From the sequence record SRR20825006_1576: 59,388 bases of DNA; one strand, given 5' to 3'. Shown here piece after piece: positions 20,546 through 31,221 of the stretch; the stretch's first letter is position 1, and every line of letters begins with the position of its first letter. Below the pieces are notes generated by a model, which saw nothing but the letters and a program-made list of their open reading frames with translations, was not told where the DNA came from and did not search any database. The position numbers were made by a program, and so were the translations under genes.

Positions 20546-21346
20546 TTATTCAGCCGGCTTGTCGGATGCTGCCTCTTCGGCAGCAGGCGCCTCATCATTG
20601 AGCGCCGGCTCAGCCGGGGTCTCGGAGATAGCACCGAGATCAATACCGGCAGCGCTCTGCTGACGAGCGATACCGTCAATGGCGGCACGCGAAATCAGAT
20701 CGCAATAAAGAGCAATTGCACGCGATGCGTCATCATTGCCAGGGATCGGATAATCAACTTCATCCGGATCGCAGTTGGAATCAACGATTGCAACGACCGG
20801 AATCCCCAAGCGACGAGCTTCTTCGATCGCGATCTTTTCCTTGTTGGTGTCGATGATCACGATCAGATCCGGAACGCCACCCATATCGCGAATACCGCCG
20901 AGAGCACGATGAAGTTTTTCACGCTCGCGATCAAGATTCAGGCGCTCTTTCTTGGTGAACCCCTGCGCTTCGTTTGCAAGGATTTCGTCGAGCTTGCGCA
21001 GACGCTGGATCGAGTTCGAAATCGTGCGCCAGTTGGTCAGCATACCGCCGAGCCAACGCGCGTTAACATAGTACTGAGCCGAACGCTCAGCCGTATCGGC
21101 AACGATTTCCGAAGCCTGACGTTTGGTGCCGACAATCAGAACACGACCATTACGGGCAACTGTGTCGGAGACGACCTGCAGCGCGCGCTGAAGCAGCGGA
21201 ACGGTTTGAGCAAGATCGATAATGTGAATATTGTTGCGATCACCAAAGATGTAAGGTTTCATCTTCGGGTTCCAGCGGTGGGTCTGGTGACCAAAATGGA
21301 CGCCTGCTTCCAGCAGCTGGCGCATGGTAAAATCGGGCAATGCCAT
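20546..21346 (-). CDS. rpsB: 30S ribosomal protein S2
   Basis: [19 protein letters not shown] and IPGNDDA. Confidence 0.98.
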   Translation of the reverse strand: MALPDFTMRQLLEAGVHFGHQTHRWNPKMKPYIFGDRNNIHIIDLAQTVPLLQRALQVVSDTVARNGRVLIVGTKRQASEIVADTAERSAQYYVNARWLGGMLTNWRTISNSIQRLRKLDEILANEAQGFTKKERLNLDREREKLHRALGGIRDMGGVPDLIVIIDTNKEKIAIEEARRLGIPVVAIVDSNCDPDEVDYPIPGNDDASRAIALYCDLISRAAIDGIARQQSAAGIDLGAISETPAEPALNDEAPAAEEAASDKPAE

Positions 21347-21465
21347 GCCTTATCTCCTTTTCCGGTTGAACCTCCGCAGACCGTAGAACAGGTTTTCAAA
21401 TCACCTGACACCGGCGGAGCGAGCCGGATTTCTCCCGGAACACCCCAAAAGTCTGCGTGTGGAAT
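21347..21465 (-). promoter_or_regulatory. rpsB 5' leader (S2 autoregulatory, t44-like structured RNA)
   Basis: On the minus strand CCACACGCAGAC (21451-21462) pairs with GTCTGCGGAGG (21371-21381) and encloses further hairpins, the usual rpsB leader layout. Confidence 0.6.
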
Positions 21466-21542
21466 GCGGCGGCGATATCCTGTTTTGTTCACAAATGCAA
21501 GCATTGCCACGACTAAAGAGCAAAAAGAGCTCCGTCAGAACC

Positions 21543-22367
21543 TCATTCAACCTCTCCGGAACAACGCGGCGCCTCCAACATATCAAGTGTCTGCATCGCA
21601 CCTGAAATCCTGAAATCGCCAAAATCCATCAAAAGATCCCGGCTGACACCACCAGATGACAGAACCATCGACACAGAATAATCAGGTATCTGGTCACCGC
21701 TGACTTCACCGGCCGGGTAGTATGCGGTGGTAATTGGCCAACGCTCCAGGTCATTCTGCTCAGATATCCCGTCGGCAAAGGCAGGCTTGCCAATCATGGT
21801 GACGGCCAGCATCACTGTGTCCCCAGACCCATCGAAAGACATGGCCTGATAAACACGTTTCCCGGCCCGGGCCGCGATAATGACATGAGCCATATACTCC
21901 GTCGGAAATTCAGCCGCTTGCAGCTCAAGCGCGCGCTCTTCGGAATCGACATCGTCAACCATCAGGGATATTTCGTCTCCAGCAGTGCGCACAGCTTCAC
22001 CGCTGGTTGTCATTTGAAGCTCAAAATCCGAGAACAGAACATTTGAGAAGGAAAAGCTTTTCGACAACGCGTCTTCCAGTGTCGATGTCACCTGATCGGT
22101 TATTACCGTCCCCTCTTCCTTGCTAATGTCGGTTACCATGCGCATGTCGGTTTCATATCCGGAGCAGGCGTTGCCGGTAAATTCGTAGACAAATCGTCCA
22201 TCCAGAGCCTCAACACCCGATTGCGCCGACGCCCAGTCCAGCGAAAGGTCATAAATGGCACGATGTGGCTTAAGCCGGTCAAGCACGCTTTCGGTCGCCC
22301 CATCATCAGCTGAAGCAACCAGAACCGATGCCAGCAAAAAAAGACTCGTCGACACGGTCTTTTGCAT
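21543..22367 (-). CDS. eipB: EipB-family (DUF1849) periplasmic envelope-integrity protein
   Basis: Signal peptide, PHRAIYDLSL, GRFVYEFTGNACSGY, GVSRDL..DFGDF and a C-terminal Cys; sits between ridA and rpsB as in Rhizobiales. Confidence 0.85.
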   Translation of the reverse strand: MQKTVSTSLFLLASVLVASADDGATESVLDRLKPHRAIYDLSLDWASAQSGVEALDGRFVYEFTGNACSGYETDMRMVTDISKEEGTVITDQVTSTLEDALSKSFSFSNVLFSDFELQMTTSGEAVRTAGDEISLMVDDVDSEERALELQAAEFPTEYMAHVIIAARAGKRVYQAMSFDGSGDTVMLAVTMIGKPAFADGISEQNDLERWPITTAYYPAGEVSGDQIPDYSVSMVLSSGGVSRDLLMDFGDFRISGAMQTLDMLEAPRCSGEVE

Positions 22368-22460
22368 AAAATTCCCCCCTTGGCATTCGCTGCTGATCGT
22401 ATAGAAAATCCATTTGTCTGCCAATTCCATCATCGATTTCTCTATTAAGGAATTTTCTTC

Positions 22461-22928
22461 ATGTCTGCTGAGATCAATGCACGTCTCGAAGCACTTTCAA
22501 TATCCCTGCCGGAAGCTGCTGCACCGGCTGCAAACTACGTTTCCTACACAATTTCCGGCAATCTGCTTTACATTTCGGGACAGCTGCCAATGGAAGACGG
22601 TAATCTTGTTGCAAAAGGCCATCTTGGAAGTACTGTGTCGCTGGAAAACGGGCAGCAAGCAGCAAAGGTCTGCGCAATCAATATCATCGCCCAGGCCAAG
22701 GCCGCACTGGATGGTGACCTTGGCCGTGTTCGCCGCATTCTGCGTATCAATGGTTTTGTCGCTTCGACACCGGATTTTACCGATCAGCATCTCGTTATCA
22801 ATGGCGCATCCGATCTTCTTGCAGGTGTTTTCGCAGAAGCAGGAAAGCACAGCCGCGCGGCCGTTGGCATGGCCGCATTGCCACTGGGTGCTGCTGTCGA
22901 AATCGATGCCATTCTGGAGATTGCATGA
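22461..22928 (+). CDS. RidA/YjgF family protein
   Basis: PAANYV, ISGQLP, INGASDL and GKHSRAAVGMAALPLGAAVEID. Confidence 0.9.
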   Translation: MSAEINARLEALSISLPEAAAPAANYVSYTISGNLLYISGQLPMEDGNLVAKGHLGSTVSLENGQQAAKVCAINIIAQAKAALDGDLGRVRRILRINGFVASTPDFTDQHLVINGASDLLAGVFAEAGKHSRAAVGMAALPLGAAVEIDAILEIA

Positions 22929-23641
22929 TGCCTGCTCCGAAATGGCTGACGGCCAGGCCGATTGCCCACCGTGGTTACCATGACCTGAACCAATCGGTAT
23001 GGGAAAATACGGCCCCCGCCTTCAGGCGTGCAATTGATGCGGGTTTTGCGATTGAGTGTGACGTCCGGCTTTCGAAAGACGGTGTGCCTTTTGTTTTCCA
23101 CGATGATGACTTGCAGCGGCTTTGCGGCCGGGACGAAACCATCGAACAACTTGATGCAAGGGAAATTGATTCGATCACTGTTGGCAGTACAGATGAGCTC
23201 ATTCCGCGCTTTTCTGATTTTCTGAAAGCCTGTGCGGGAACCGTACCGCTGGTTGTGGAACTCAAGCGTGGCGGCGAACCCGATACACGCTTCGTTCCAA
23301 CCGTTGCCGATGCCGTTCGCAGCTATGCCGGTCCGCTGGCCCTGATGAGCTTTGACGCTGAAATCATACGCTCGCTGACAGACGAAAACCTGCCCTGCCC
23401 GCTCGGTCTTACAGCTCTTGGAGATACGGAAGAAGACTTCGCAAAGCACCGTGCTGCGCTTGCAGTCGGCCTTGATTTCATCTCATATTATTACGAACAT
23501 CTGAACAACGATTTTATTGCCGGTCTTCGAACTGACGGCATAGCGATCATCACGTGGACTGTTCGCGATCATCACGCTCGGAAGCTGAGTGAACGATATG
23601 GTGATCAAATGACATTCGAGGGTTTTGACCCCCGAGCATAG
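22925..23641 (+). CDS. Glycerophosphodiester phosphodiesterase family protein
   Basis: IAHRG, ENT and IECDVRLSKDG.PFVFHD. Confidence 0.9.
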   Translation: MMPAPKWLTARPIAHRGYHDLNQSVWENTAPAFRRAIDAGFAIECDVRLSKDGVPFVFHDDDLQRLCGRDETIEQLDAREIDSITVGSTDELIPRFSDFLKACAGTVPLVVELKRGGEPDTRFVPTVADAVRSYAGPLALMSFDAEIIRSLTDENLPCPLGLTALGDTEEDFAKHRAALAVGLDFISYYYEHLNNDFIAGLRTDGIAIITWTVRDHHARKLSERYGDQMTFEGFDPRA

Positions 23642-23658
23642 CCTAGTGCGAGCCAGAT

Positions 23659-24816
23659 TTGAGCGACAATATTCACATCCGCGTCGAACACAGCTTTACC
23701 AACATCCCTCCGGAGAACTGGGCGCGGCTTGTTCATTTGGGAGGTTACAACCCGTTCCTTTCGCACGCCTACCTTTCGGCTCTGGAAGAATCTGGCTCAG
23801 CCACAGCAGAAACCGGCTGGCTGGGCCATCATCTTTTGCTTGAAAATGATAGCGGTGACCTGATTGGAGCGATGCCCTGCTACCTTAAAAACCATAGTCA
23901 GGGTGAGTATGTCTTCGATCATGGCTGGGCCGACGCCTTTGAGCGTGCCGGTGGCCGTTATTACCCGAAGCTTCAGGCCTCAATACCGTTCACACCTGCG
24001 ACCGGCCCTCACCTGCTGGTCGCCAGAGGCTACAACCGTGAGACGGCTCAAGAGGTTTTGGCTAACGGATTGATAGCGGTCAACGATCAGCTCGGTGTTT
24101 CGTCCGCACACGTTACATTTGTTTCAACTGATGAGATGGATGTGTTTGCACAGGCTGGTTATCTTCAACGCACAGACCAGCAGTTCCACTTCATCAATGA
24201 TGGCTATGACAGCCACGAAGCGTTTCTGGAAACCCTGGCTTCTCGAAAGCGTAAAGCTTTGAGAAAAGAGCGCCGCATCGCCCTTGAAAACGGTATCGCT
24301 ATCGACTGGCTGACAGGATCAGATCTCAATGAAAGTATCTGGGACCAGTTTTTCGAATTCTACACAGATACCGGTTCGCGAAAATGGGGACGCCCCTATC
24401 TTACGCGCTCATTTTACTCCCTTATCGGTGAACGCATGGCCGACGATATTGTGTTGATCATGGCCAGCCGTGAGGGGCGCTATATTGCCGGGGCGATCAA
24501 TTTCATTGGTGAAAACACCCTGTTCGGGCGCCATTGGGGCTGTATCGAACATCACCGTTTTCTTCATTTCGAGGTCTGCTACCATCAGGCCATCGACTTT
24601 GCGATTGCGCGAGGCATTGGACGGGTTGAAGCCGGTGCACAGGGCGAACACAAACTCGCTCGCGGTTATCTTCCTGTCACAACGCATTCGGCTCATTACA
24701 TAGCCCATGAAGGTTTACGGCAAGCGGTGGCAGACTTTCTGGAACACGAACGCGAAGATGTTGCGTCCATGAACGAAGTGTTGTCAGACCATACCCCTTT
24801 CAAAAAAGGTAATTAA
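23659..24816 (+). CDS. FemAB-related GNAT-fold protein (DUF482-like)
   Basis: HSQGEYVFDHGWADA, PFTPATG, LHFEVCYHQAID and EAGAQGEHKLARGY. Confidence 0.85.
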   Translation: MSDNIHIRVEHSFTNIPPENWARLVHLGGYNPFLSHAYLSALEESGSATAETGWLGHHLLLENDSGDLIGAMPCYLKNHSQGEYVFDHGWADAFERAGGRYYPKLQASIPFTPATGPHLLVARGYNRETAQEVLANGLIAVNDQLGVSSAHVTFVSTDEMDVFAQAGYLQRTDQQFHFINDGYDSHEAFLETLASRKRKALRKERRIALENGIAIDWLTGSDLNESIWDQFFEFYTDTGSRKWGRPYLTRSFYSLIGERMADDIVLIMASREGRYIAGAINFIGENTLFGRHWGCIEHHRFLHFEVCYHQAIDFAIARGIGRVEAGAQGEHKLARGYLPVTTHSAHYIAHEGLRQAVADFLEHEREDVASMNEVLSDHTPFKKGN

Positions 24817-24846
24817 TTTCAACAATAATACAATGAGGTATAGGCA

Positions 24847-25272
24847 ATGGTTGAAGTTAAATATGAAGAAAATAACATCTTCGCCAAAATTCTGAAGGAT
24901 GAATTTCCTTCGGTGCGCGTCTATGAAGATGATGATGTCGTGGCGATCATGGATGTTATGCCGCAAGCGCCGGGCCACGTTCTGGTTCTCCCGCGTGCGC
25001 CTTCCAGAAATCTGCTGGATGCCGACCCGGCAGTGCTGGCCAAAACAATCCCGGTTGTTCAGAAACTGGCCAAGGCTGTAAAGAAGGCATTCGAAGCGGA
25101 TGGCGTTTTTGTCGCACAATTCAACGAACCGGCAGCAGGTCAGACTGTCTTTCACCTGCACTTCCATATCATTCCGCGCATGGAAGGTCAGGAACTCAAG
25201 CGACACTCTGACAATATGGAAGACACATCTGTGCTGCAGACCAATGCAGAGAAGATCAAAGCGGCTCTTTGA
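24847..25272 (+). CDS. HIT family hydrolase
   Basis: NIFAKIL, PGHVLV and the histidine triad AGQTVFHLHFHIIPR. Confidence 0.92.
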   Translation: MVEVKYEENNIFAKILKDEFPSVRVYEDDDVVAIMDVMPQAPGHVLVLPRAPSRNLLDADPAVLAKTIPVVQKLAKAVKKAFEADGVFVAQFNEPAAGQTVFHLHFHIIPRMEGQELKRHSDNMEDTSVLQTNAEKIKAAL

Positions 25273-25305
25273 GCTTTGTTGCAAGCGGCAGTTTCGTTAC
25301 TGCCG

Positions 25306-25333
25306 AAAAGGCCGGGCGCGGGCCCGGCCTTTT
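25306..25333. terminator. Bidirectional intrinsic terminator between the HIT and aldo/keto reductase genes
   Basis: AAAAGGCCGGGC-GCGG-GCCCGGCCTTTT between convergent genes. A second hairpin CGGCAGT..ACTGCCG lies at 25286-25305. Confidence 0.8.
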
Positions 25334-25356
25334 ATATGTTCAAAGGTTGTTTCGCC

Positions 25357-26343
25357 CTACCAGCGCTGATGAACGTGGGGGGCAATACGCGACTGGTAAA
25401 TCTCCTGCATGGCCGCCATGACGTCGCCGCCGATTGCAGGAAGGTCCGAAGCAGACGCGTTGGCTTTGGCCTGCTCGGCATTACGTGCGCCGGGAATGGC
25501 AACGGTCACGGCGTCATTCATCAGGATCCAGCGCAGCGCGAATGCTGCCATGGTCTCGCCACCGGGCACATGCTTGCGCACCTCTTCGACAGCATCCAAA
25601 GCAATATCTAACGGCACGCCGGCAAAGGTTTCACCAACATCGAAGGCTTCGCCCTGGCGGTTGAAGTTACGGTGATCATCCTCGGCAAAGGTGGTATCGC
25701 GGTTGATTTTGCCAGAAAGCAGGCCACTGGCCAGTGGCACACGGGTTATGACCGCAACATTTTTCTTTTTAGCCTCCTCGAAGAACAGCGAGGCAGGCCG
25801 CTGGCGGAAAATGTTGTAGATGATCTGGACGCTGGCAACGCCCGGATATTCAATCGCCTTCAGTGCTTCCTCGACCTTCTCGACACTGACGCCATATGCG
25901 GCAATCTTGCCCTTCGCCTTGATCGCATCCAGACCAGCAAAAACCTCCGGATTGTAGAAAGCCTCCGTTGGCGGGCAGTGCAGCTGAACGAGATCCAGGC
26001 GCTCCACTTTTAAGTTTTCCAGGCTGCGATCAATAAAACCTTCCAGGTTTTCAAGATTGTAACCCTCGGCAGTATGCGGATTGAGGCGGCGTCCGGCCTT
26101 TGTCGCAACAAACGGCTTTTCGCCGCCACGCTCTGACAACACGTCCGCGATGATTTTCTCCGAACGGCCGTCACCGTAAACATCAGCCGTATCGATAAAA
26201 TTAATACCGGAATCGAGCGCAGCGTTCAAAGCTGCTCGACCGTCTTCCTCGCTGACAGAGCCCCAGGAGCCACCGATCTGCCAGGCACCAAAACCGATAT
26301 TTGAAACAGGCCGCCCGGTGCGACCGAAATTATGATAGTGCAT
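25357..26343 (-). CDS. Aldo/keto reductase
   Basis: IGFGAW, IDTADVYG, DLVQLH and PLASGLLSGK. Confidence 0.92.
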   Translation of the reverse strand: MHYHNFGRTGRPVSNIGFGAWQIGGSWGSVSEEDGRAALNAALDSGINFIDTADVYGDGRSEKIIADVLSERGGEKPFVATKAGRRLNPHTAEGYNLENLEGFIDRSLENLKVERLDLVQLHCPPTEAFYNPEVFAGLDAIKAKGKIAAYGVSVEKVEEALKAIEYPGVASVQIIYNIFRQRPASLFFEEAKKKNVAVITRVPLASGLLSGKINRDTTFAEDDHRNFNRQGEAFDVGETFAGVPLDIALDAVEEVRKHVPGGETMAAFALRWILMNDAVTVAIPGARNAEQAKANASASDLPAIGGDVMAAMQEIYQSRIAPHVHQRW

Positions 26344-26480
26344 CGTCTCCTCCGATGAGTAACAAGCATTGATAAAATGCGAATTGGATAATGCGCCGAA
26401 CCGGCGCTTTCGACTTGCAGTGAAACCCTTCCTTCTTTTAGCCCTATAAGCTGGACACGAAAAGCACAGGAACAGAATTT

Positions 26481-27728
26481 GTGACAGGCTTTCGATTTAT
26501 TCATGCCGCGGACCTGCATCTGGGCTCACCGCTGACGGGCCTTGCACTCAAGGATCCACAGATTGCCGAGCGCTTTGCTGCCGCAGGTCGCGATGCCTTT
26601 ACAGCTCTGATAGACCGGGCCTTAAGCGAAGCAGTCGATTTCATGATCATCGCCGGCGATGTTTATGATGGACCGTGGAGGGACAACCACATCGGTTTGT
26701 TCTTTAATCGCGAAATCGCACGGCTGACGCGGGCCGGCATACCGGTTTATCTGTTGCGCGGGAATCATGATGCGGAAAGCATTGTCGCACGCACGATCGC
26801 CATGCCGGAGGGTGTTTATGAATTCTCGACGAAGAAGCCTGAAACCTTTCGGATCGATGATAAGCAGATTGCCTTGCATGGGCAGGGCTTTGCCGAAAGA
26901 TCCGTCAACGAAAATCTGGTTCTGTCCTACCCGTCAGCCCTGCCTGGCTGGTTCAATATCGGCGTGCTTCACACATCGCTTTCCGGAAGACCGCCTCACG
27001 CGCCCTATGCCCCATGCACACCAGATGATCTGCGTCTTCGCGGGTATGATTACTGGGCGCTTGGTCATGTTCATGCCTTTGAAGAGGTCTTGAGTGATCC
27101 GTTGACGATTTATCCGGGTAACCTGCAAGGCCGCAATATTCGCGAAATCGGCGAAAAGGGCGCGGTTCTGATCTCGGTCGAAGACGGCCAGATATTCTGC
27201 GAGCGTCTGATAGTCGACTGTGCCCGTTTTGAAAGCGTAAACGTGCAGATACACGACCGGACATCGGAATCAGACATCCTTCAGGCTGCGGAAGACGCCG
27301 TCGCGCAGTTTGGGCAGGCGGCAGATGATCGCCCGGTGGCGCTCAGACTCACGCTTTCCGGAAAGCACGCGGCTGCAGGACGTATTCACGCAAACCGCAA
27401 GCAATGGCGGGATAATGTTCAGGCAGCCTGCCAGCGTGTTCACGCCGACCTGTGGTTGGAAAAGCTGGCGCTTGATCTGAAGCAACCTGAAACAAAGGAA
27501 ACGGTTGAGGTTTCAGAAACACTGGTGGATATCGTTCGCCTGATTGAGGATGTTGCGGCAGCGCCAGAAGCCCATGCTGAAGCAGAAGCTCTGATCGCCG
27601 AGATTGCGCGGCGTCTACCCGGCGGCCTTGCACCTGATGAACTGCCGCTTGGTCTTTCTCCGCATGATATGCTTGACGAGGCGCGCGCCGTGCTCAGGGC
27701 GCGGCTAGGACTGGAAGGGACGGCCTGA
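26481..27728 (+). CDS. YhaO/SbcD-like metallophosphoesterase nuclease
   Basis: HAADLHLG, AGDVYD, GNHD, LHTS, YWALGHVH and YPGNLQGR. Confidence 0.9.
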   Translation: MTGFRFIHAADLHLGSPLTGLALKDPQIAERFAAAGRDAFTALIDRALSEAVDFMIIAGDVYDGPWRDNHIGLFFNREIARLTRAGIPVYLLRGNHDAESIVARTIAMPEGVYEFSTKKPETFRIDDKQIALHGQGFAERSVNENLVLSYPSALPGWFNIGVLHTSLSGRPPHAPYAPCTPDDLRLRGYDYWALGHVHAFEEVLSDPLTIYPGNLQGRNIREIGEKGAVLISVEDGQIFCERLIVDCARFESVNVQIHDRTSESDILQAAEDAVAQFGQAADDRPVALRLTLSGKHAAAGRIHANRKQWRDNVQAACQRVHADLWLEKLALDLKQPETKETVEVSETLVDIVRLIEDVAAAPEAHAEAEALIAEIARRLPGGLAPDELPLGLSPHDMLDEARAVLRARLGLEGTA

Positions 27729-27732
27729 TCCA

Positions 27733-30700
27733 ATGCGTTTTCTTTCGCTTGACCTAATTCGTTACGGCCATTTTTCAGACAGAAACATAGCGCTGCGGCC
27801 CGATGCCGGGCTGCACATCATATATGGGCCAAACGAAGCCGGTAAATCTTCGGCACTTGCGGCTATTTCTGACCTGCTTTTCGGCGTACAGACAGATGGC
27901 AAGAGCAAGCGCTCATCCTATTCATTCCTACACGAACAAAAAGATTTACGTATCGGCGCAACCATCAAAAGCCCAAAGGGGGGTCTGATTAGCTTCAGGC
28001 GTCGGCACGGTCGGCAAAAAACACTTTTGGAGGATACTGATCACGAAAAGGCCCTGAACGACGATGCGTTAGCGCCATATATCGGCGGGTTGACAAGAGA
28101 AGTCTTCGAACGTGCCTTCGGGCTCGACTCGGAACGGTTGCGGTCCGGCGCAGATGAAATGCTGGCCGATGGCGGTGAAATCGGGCAATTGCTGTTCTCT
28201 GCAGCTTCCGGCCTGACTGGCCTGAAAGAAGCCGGCAGTACCCTCATCGCCGAGGCAGACCAGATCTATGCGCCGCGCAAATCCCAGAACCGGTCATTTT
28301 ATCAGGCACTCGATCGGTATGACGCTGCCCGCAAGACCGAGCGATTGCACGAACTCAACGCCAGCGACTGGAACAAACTCCTGAAGGAAGAGCGTGAGAT
28401 CGATGACGCACTTGGTGATCTTCGCAAACGTCAGAGATCGCATCAAACCCGAATTTCCGATCTTCAGAGGCTTCAGCAATTGCGCGGACTTCTGGCCGAA
28501 ATGGACAGGTATGCCGCGGCGCTTACTGACTTTTCCGAACTTGAAACGGTGCCAGACGAGACCGGAGAGCGCCTTGAAGCCTTGCGGACCGAGCGTGAGA
28601 AACTGGACGCTGACGCGACAAAGAAGCGTACTGACCTCAAGGCAATTATGGATAGCTTGACGGCGCTCCATATTGACGAGAAGTTGCTTGAAAAGCGAAG
28701 TGAAATCAGTCGTCTACGGCTGGAAACTGCACTCTATAGCCAGGCGAAAGAACGTTTGCCCGAAGCGCAAAAGCGTCTGAGCGAAACAGAAACGGCACTG
28801 ATCACCAGAGCGCAATCGCTAGGCCTAAAACCAAATACCGAATCTGAAAAATTATGCCCTGATAATATGTTACGCACATCCATTAAGGAAACACTTGATG
28901 AGGGGCGTCAACTCCAACGCGATGAAAAAACCGCACACGAAGCTCTGGCTGAAAATCGTGAAACCCTGGAAAACCTTCAACAGCGAAGCGAAGGCGAGCA
29001 ACTGGTCGATCCATCGCCACTTCGTCGGCGTTATGATGCACTGCGACCAGAGATGGCTTTGCTCGCCGAGGCTGACCAGCTTGTTACGGAAGTGGATAAG
29101 CGCGAGCGTCAGCTCGTCGATGACGCGGCCGCATTCAGGCCACTGATTGGCAATATCTTTGATCTTTCCATCGCTGTCCTGCCAAGTCTGGAGGATATTC
29201 GCCGACATCGCGATACCATTGCGCATGCACAGCAGAAACTGCGGGAGTCGGAATCCGTGCTAGCCACGCTTTTAGAAGAGCGCTCTGCGCTGGAGCAGGC
29301 CATTGCCGGAGATCGGCGTGGCGCGGAGCTGCCATCGCGGCTGGATATTGACGCGGCACGGAGACATCGTGATGCCCTGTGGGAAGAAATCGAAGACCAT
29401 ATCGGGATTCCTGTCTGCGACTGGCCAATGCGGTGGGATCGTCAATATCGCGATGCGGTAAGCGAGGCTGATAATCTTGGAGACCGTGTGCTGACGGATG
29501 CCGAACAGGTTGCCCGCCGAGCGGATATGCTAACACGGCATGAGGCGGTAACGAGCAAATATAAAGACGCAGAGACTACGGTTACAGAACGACGTTCAGA
29601 TCTGGAAAACGCCAGGGCTGCTTACTCGGCTTTGTTTTCTGATGCCGAGATCACGCCCGCCAATCCAGATGGAATGCTGGAATGGCGCCGCAACATTGAC
29701 GGGCTGATTGAACGGCGCTCCGAGCTGCTGGCATTGAAAGCCCGCCTTAAAAAACTGAATACCGGAAAGGATGCATTGCGAGAAAGCCTGTCGAGCATCG
29801 TTGAGACCATCGACGTTTCAGTGGATAGGGCAATGCCTCTTGTTGCCCTGACGCGCTTTGTTGAAGTGGAAATTCAACGTTTGGCTGACCGATGGGAAAA
29901 CGCGCGTGAACATGAGGCAAACCTTACGGCTGCCAGGCAGAATATGGCGCGCAGTCAGGCAGTTCTGCAAAGGCTTGAAGAACGTCAGAAAGTCTTTTCC
30001 GCGCGTTTGTCTTCACTCTTGAAACAGACTGGCCTTGCCGGCGATTCAACACTGGCAGCAGTCGCAGCAGCACTGGACATCTGGGACAGCGTTCCGGAAC
30101 TTATTCAATCCCGCGAGGGACTGAAACAAACAATTGGGCGAGATCAGGCGCTGATTGCCATGTTTGAGCAATCAGTCGTTAGCGTTGTAAAGCAGGTTGC
30201 GCCGAACCTTGCAGGAAACGCGCCGGATCAGGCACTGGAAGCGCTCGACAAGCGCATTGCAGAACAGACCGAGTTTCAAGCCCGAAAACAGGGATTGAGT
30301 GAGAATGCAGCGATGCTGGACCGCGATCTCGACAACATCAACGAGAAACTTTCAGCGATTGATACTGAGCTACATGCCATCATCAGTGTCCTTCCTCCAG
30401 ATATTGATCCGCAACAATTGCCGCAGCGCATTCGCGAGCGGATACATGTACAGCACAATCTGAATGAAGCGCGGCGACGTTTTGGCGAAAGCAGTAACGG
30501 CGCGAATGAAGATGCCGTCCGGATGATGGCGAACGAGTTGGACCACATTGCCTGCAATCTTGAAATCGACGCCTTGAAAGCAGATGAACGCGACGACGCA
30601 ATAGCACTGGAAACACTTCTCGACCGCCGCAGCACCTGCCGCCGCAGGCGGGAAGAAATGGAACGCGGCGAAAGCGCCGAACAGGCGGCGTTTGATCGCC

Positions 30701-31215
30701 AGTCAGCAGAAACCGAAGCGCGGGATCTGGCTCGGGACTGGGTTGTCCTAAAGCTGGCCGGTGGCTTGCTTGATGCCGCCTTGGAGCGATACAGGCAGGG
30801 ACGTTCCGATCCCGTGCTGGCCGCTGCCTCTGCCCATTTCAAGACGCTGACGCGCGGCGCCTTTAACGGCCTGACGCAGCATTATGGTGAAGATGATGCT
30901 CTTGTTCTTTCAGCGCAAAGGGCAAACGGCGATGATGTGCCGGTTTCTGGTCTTAGCGACGGCACCCGGGATCAGCTCTATCTCGCACTTAGACTGGCAT
31001 TTCTTGAGGACTATGCCAGCCGCAATGAGCCAGCGCCTTTGATCGTCGATGATATCTTCCAGACATTTGACGATAGCCGTACAGAATCTGGACTTAAAGC
31101 ATTGTCTGGCATTAAGGATGTTCAGGCGATTCTCTTCACCCATGAACGCAGCCTGGTTGAGATTGCCGGTAAAACACTGGGAAAAAGTGCCGATATCATT
31201 ACCCTGGAAGGGTAA
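27733..31215 (+). CDS. YhaN/SbcE-like SMC/Rad50-type coiled-coil ATPase
   Basis: Walker A GPNEAGKS, long coiled coil, signature LSDGTRDQLYLALRL, Walker B IVDD and H-loop FTH. Confidence 0.9.
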   Translation: MRFLSLDLIRYGHFSDRNIALRPDAGLHIIYGPNEAGKSSALAAISDLLFGVQTDGKSKRSSYSFLHEQKDLRIGATIKSPKGGLISFRRRHGRQKTLLEDTDHEKALNDDALAPYIGGLTREVFERAFGLDSERLRSGADEMLADGGEIGQLLFSAASGLTGLKEAGSTLIAEADQIYAPRKSQNRSFYQALDRYDAARKTERLHELNASDWNKLLKEEREIDDALGDLRKRQRSHQTRISDLQRLQQLRGLLAEMDRYAAALTDFSELETVPDETGERLEALRTEREKLDADATKKRTDLKAIMDSLTALHIDEKLLEKRSEISRLRLETALYSQAKERLPEAQKRLSETETALITRAQSLGLKPNTESEKLCPDNMLRTSIKETLDEGRQLQRDEKTAHEALAENRETLENLQQRSEGEQLVDPSPLRRRYDALRPEMALLAEADQLVTEVDKRERQLVDDAAAFRPLIGNIFDLSIAVLPSLEDIRRHRDTIAHAQQKLRESESVLATLLEERSALEQAIAGDRRGAELPSRLDIDAARRHRDALWEEIEDHIGIPVCDWPMRWDRQYRDAVSEADNLGDRVLTDAEQVARRADMLTRHEAVTSKYKDAETTVTERRSDLENARAAYSALFSDAEITPANPDGMLEWRRNIDGLIERRSELLALKARLKKLNTGKDALRESLSSIVETIDVSVDRAMPLVALTRFVEVEIQRLADRWENAREHEANLTAARQNMARSQAVLQRLEERQKVFSARLSSLLKQTGLAGDSTLAAVAAALDIWDSVPELIQSREGLKQTIGRDQALIAMFEQSVVSVVKQVAPNLAGNAPDQALEALDKRIAEQTEFQARKQGLSENAAMLDRDLDNINEKLSAIDTELHAIISVLPPDIDPQQLPQRIRERIHVQHNLNEARRRFGESSNGANEDAVRMMANELDHIACNLEIDALKADERDDAIALETLLDRRSTCRRRREEMERGESAEQAAFDRQSAETEARDLARDWVVLKLAGGLLDAALERYRQGRSDPVLAAASAHFKTLTRGAFNGLTQHYGEDDALVLSAQRANGDDVPVSGLSDGTRDQLYLALRLAFLEDYASRNEPAPLIVDDIFQTFDDSRTESGLKALSGIKDVQAILFTHERSLVEIAGKTLGKSADIITLEG

Positions 31216-31221
31216 AATCTA

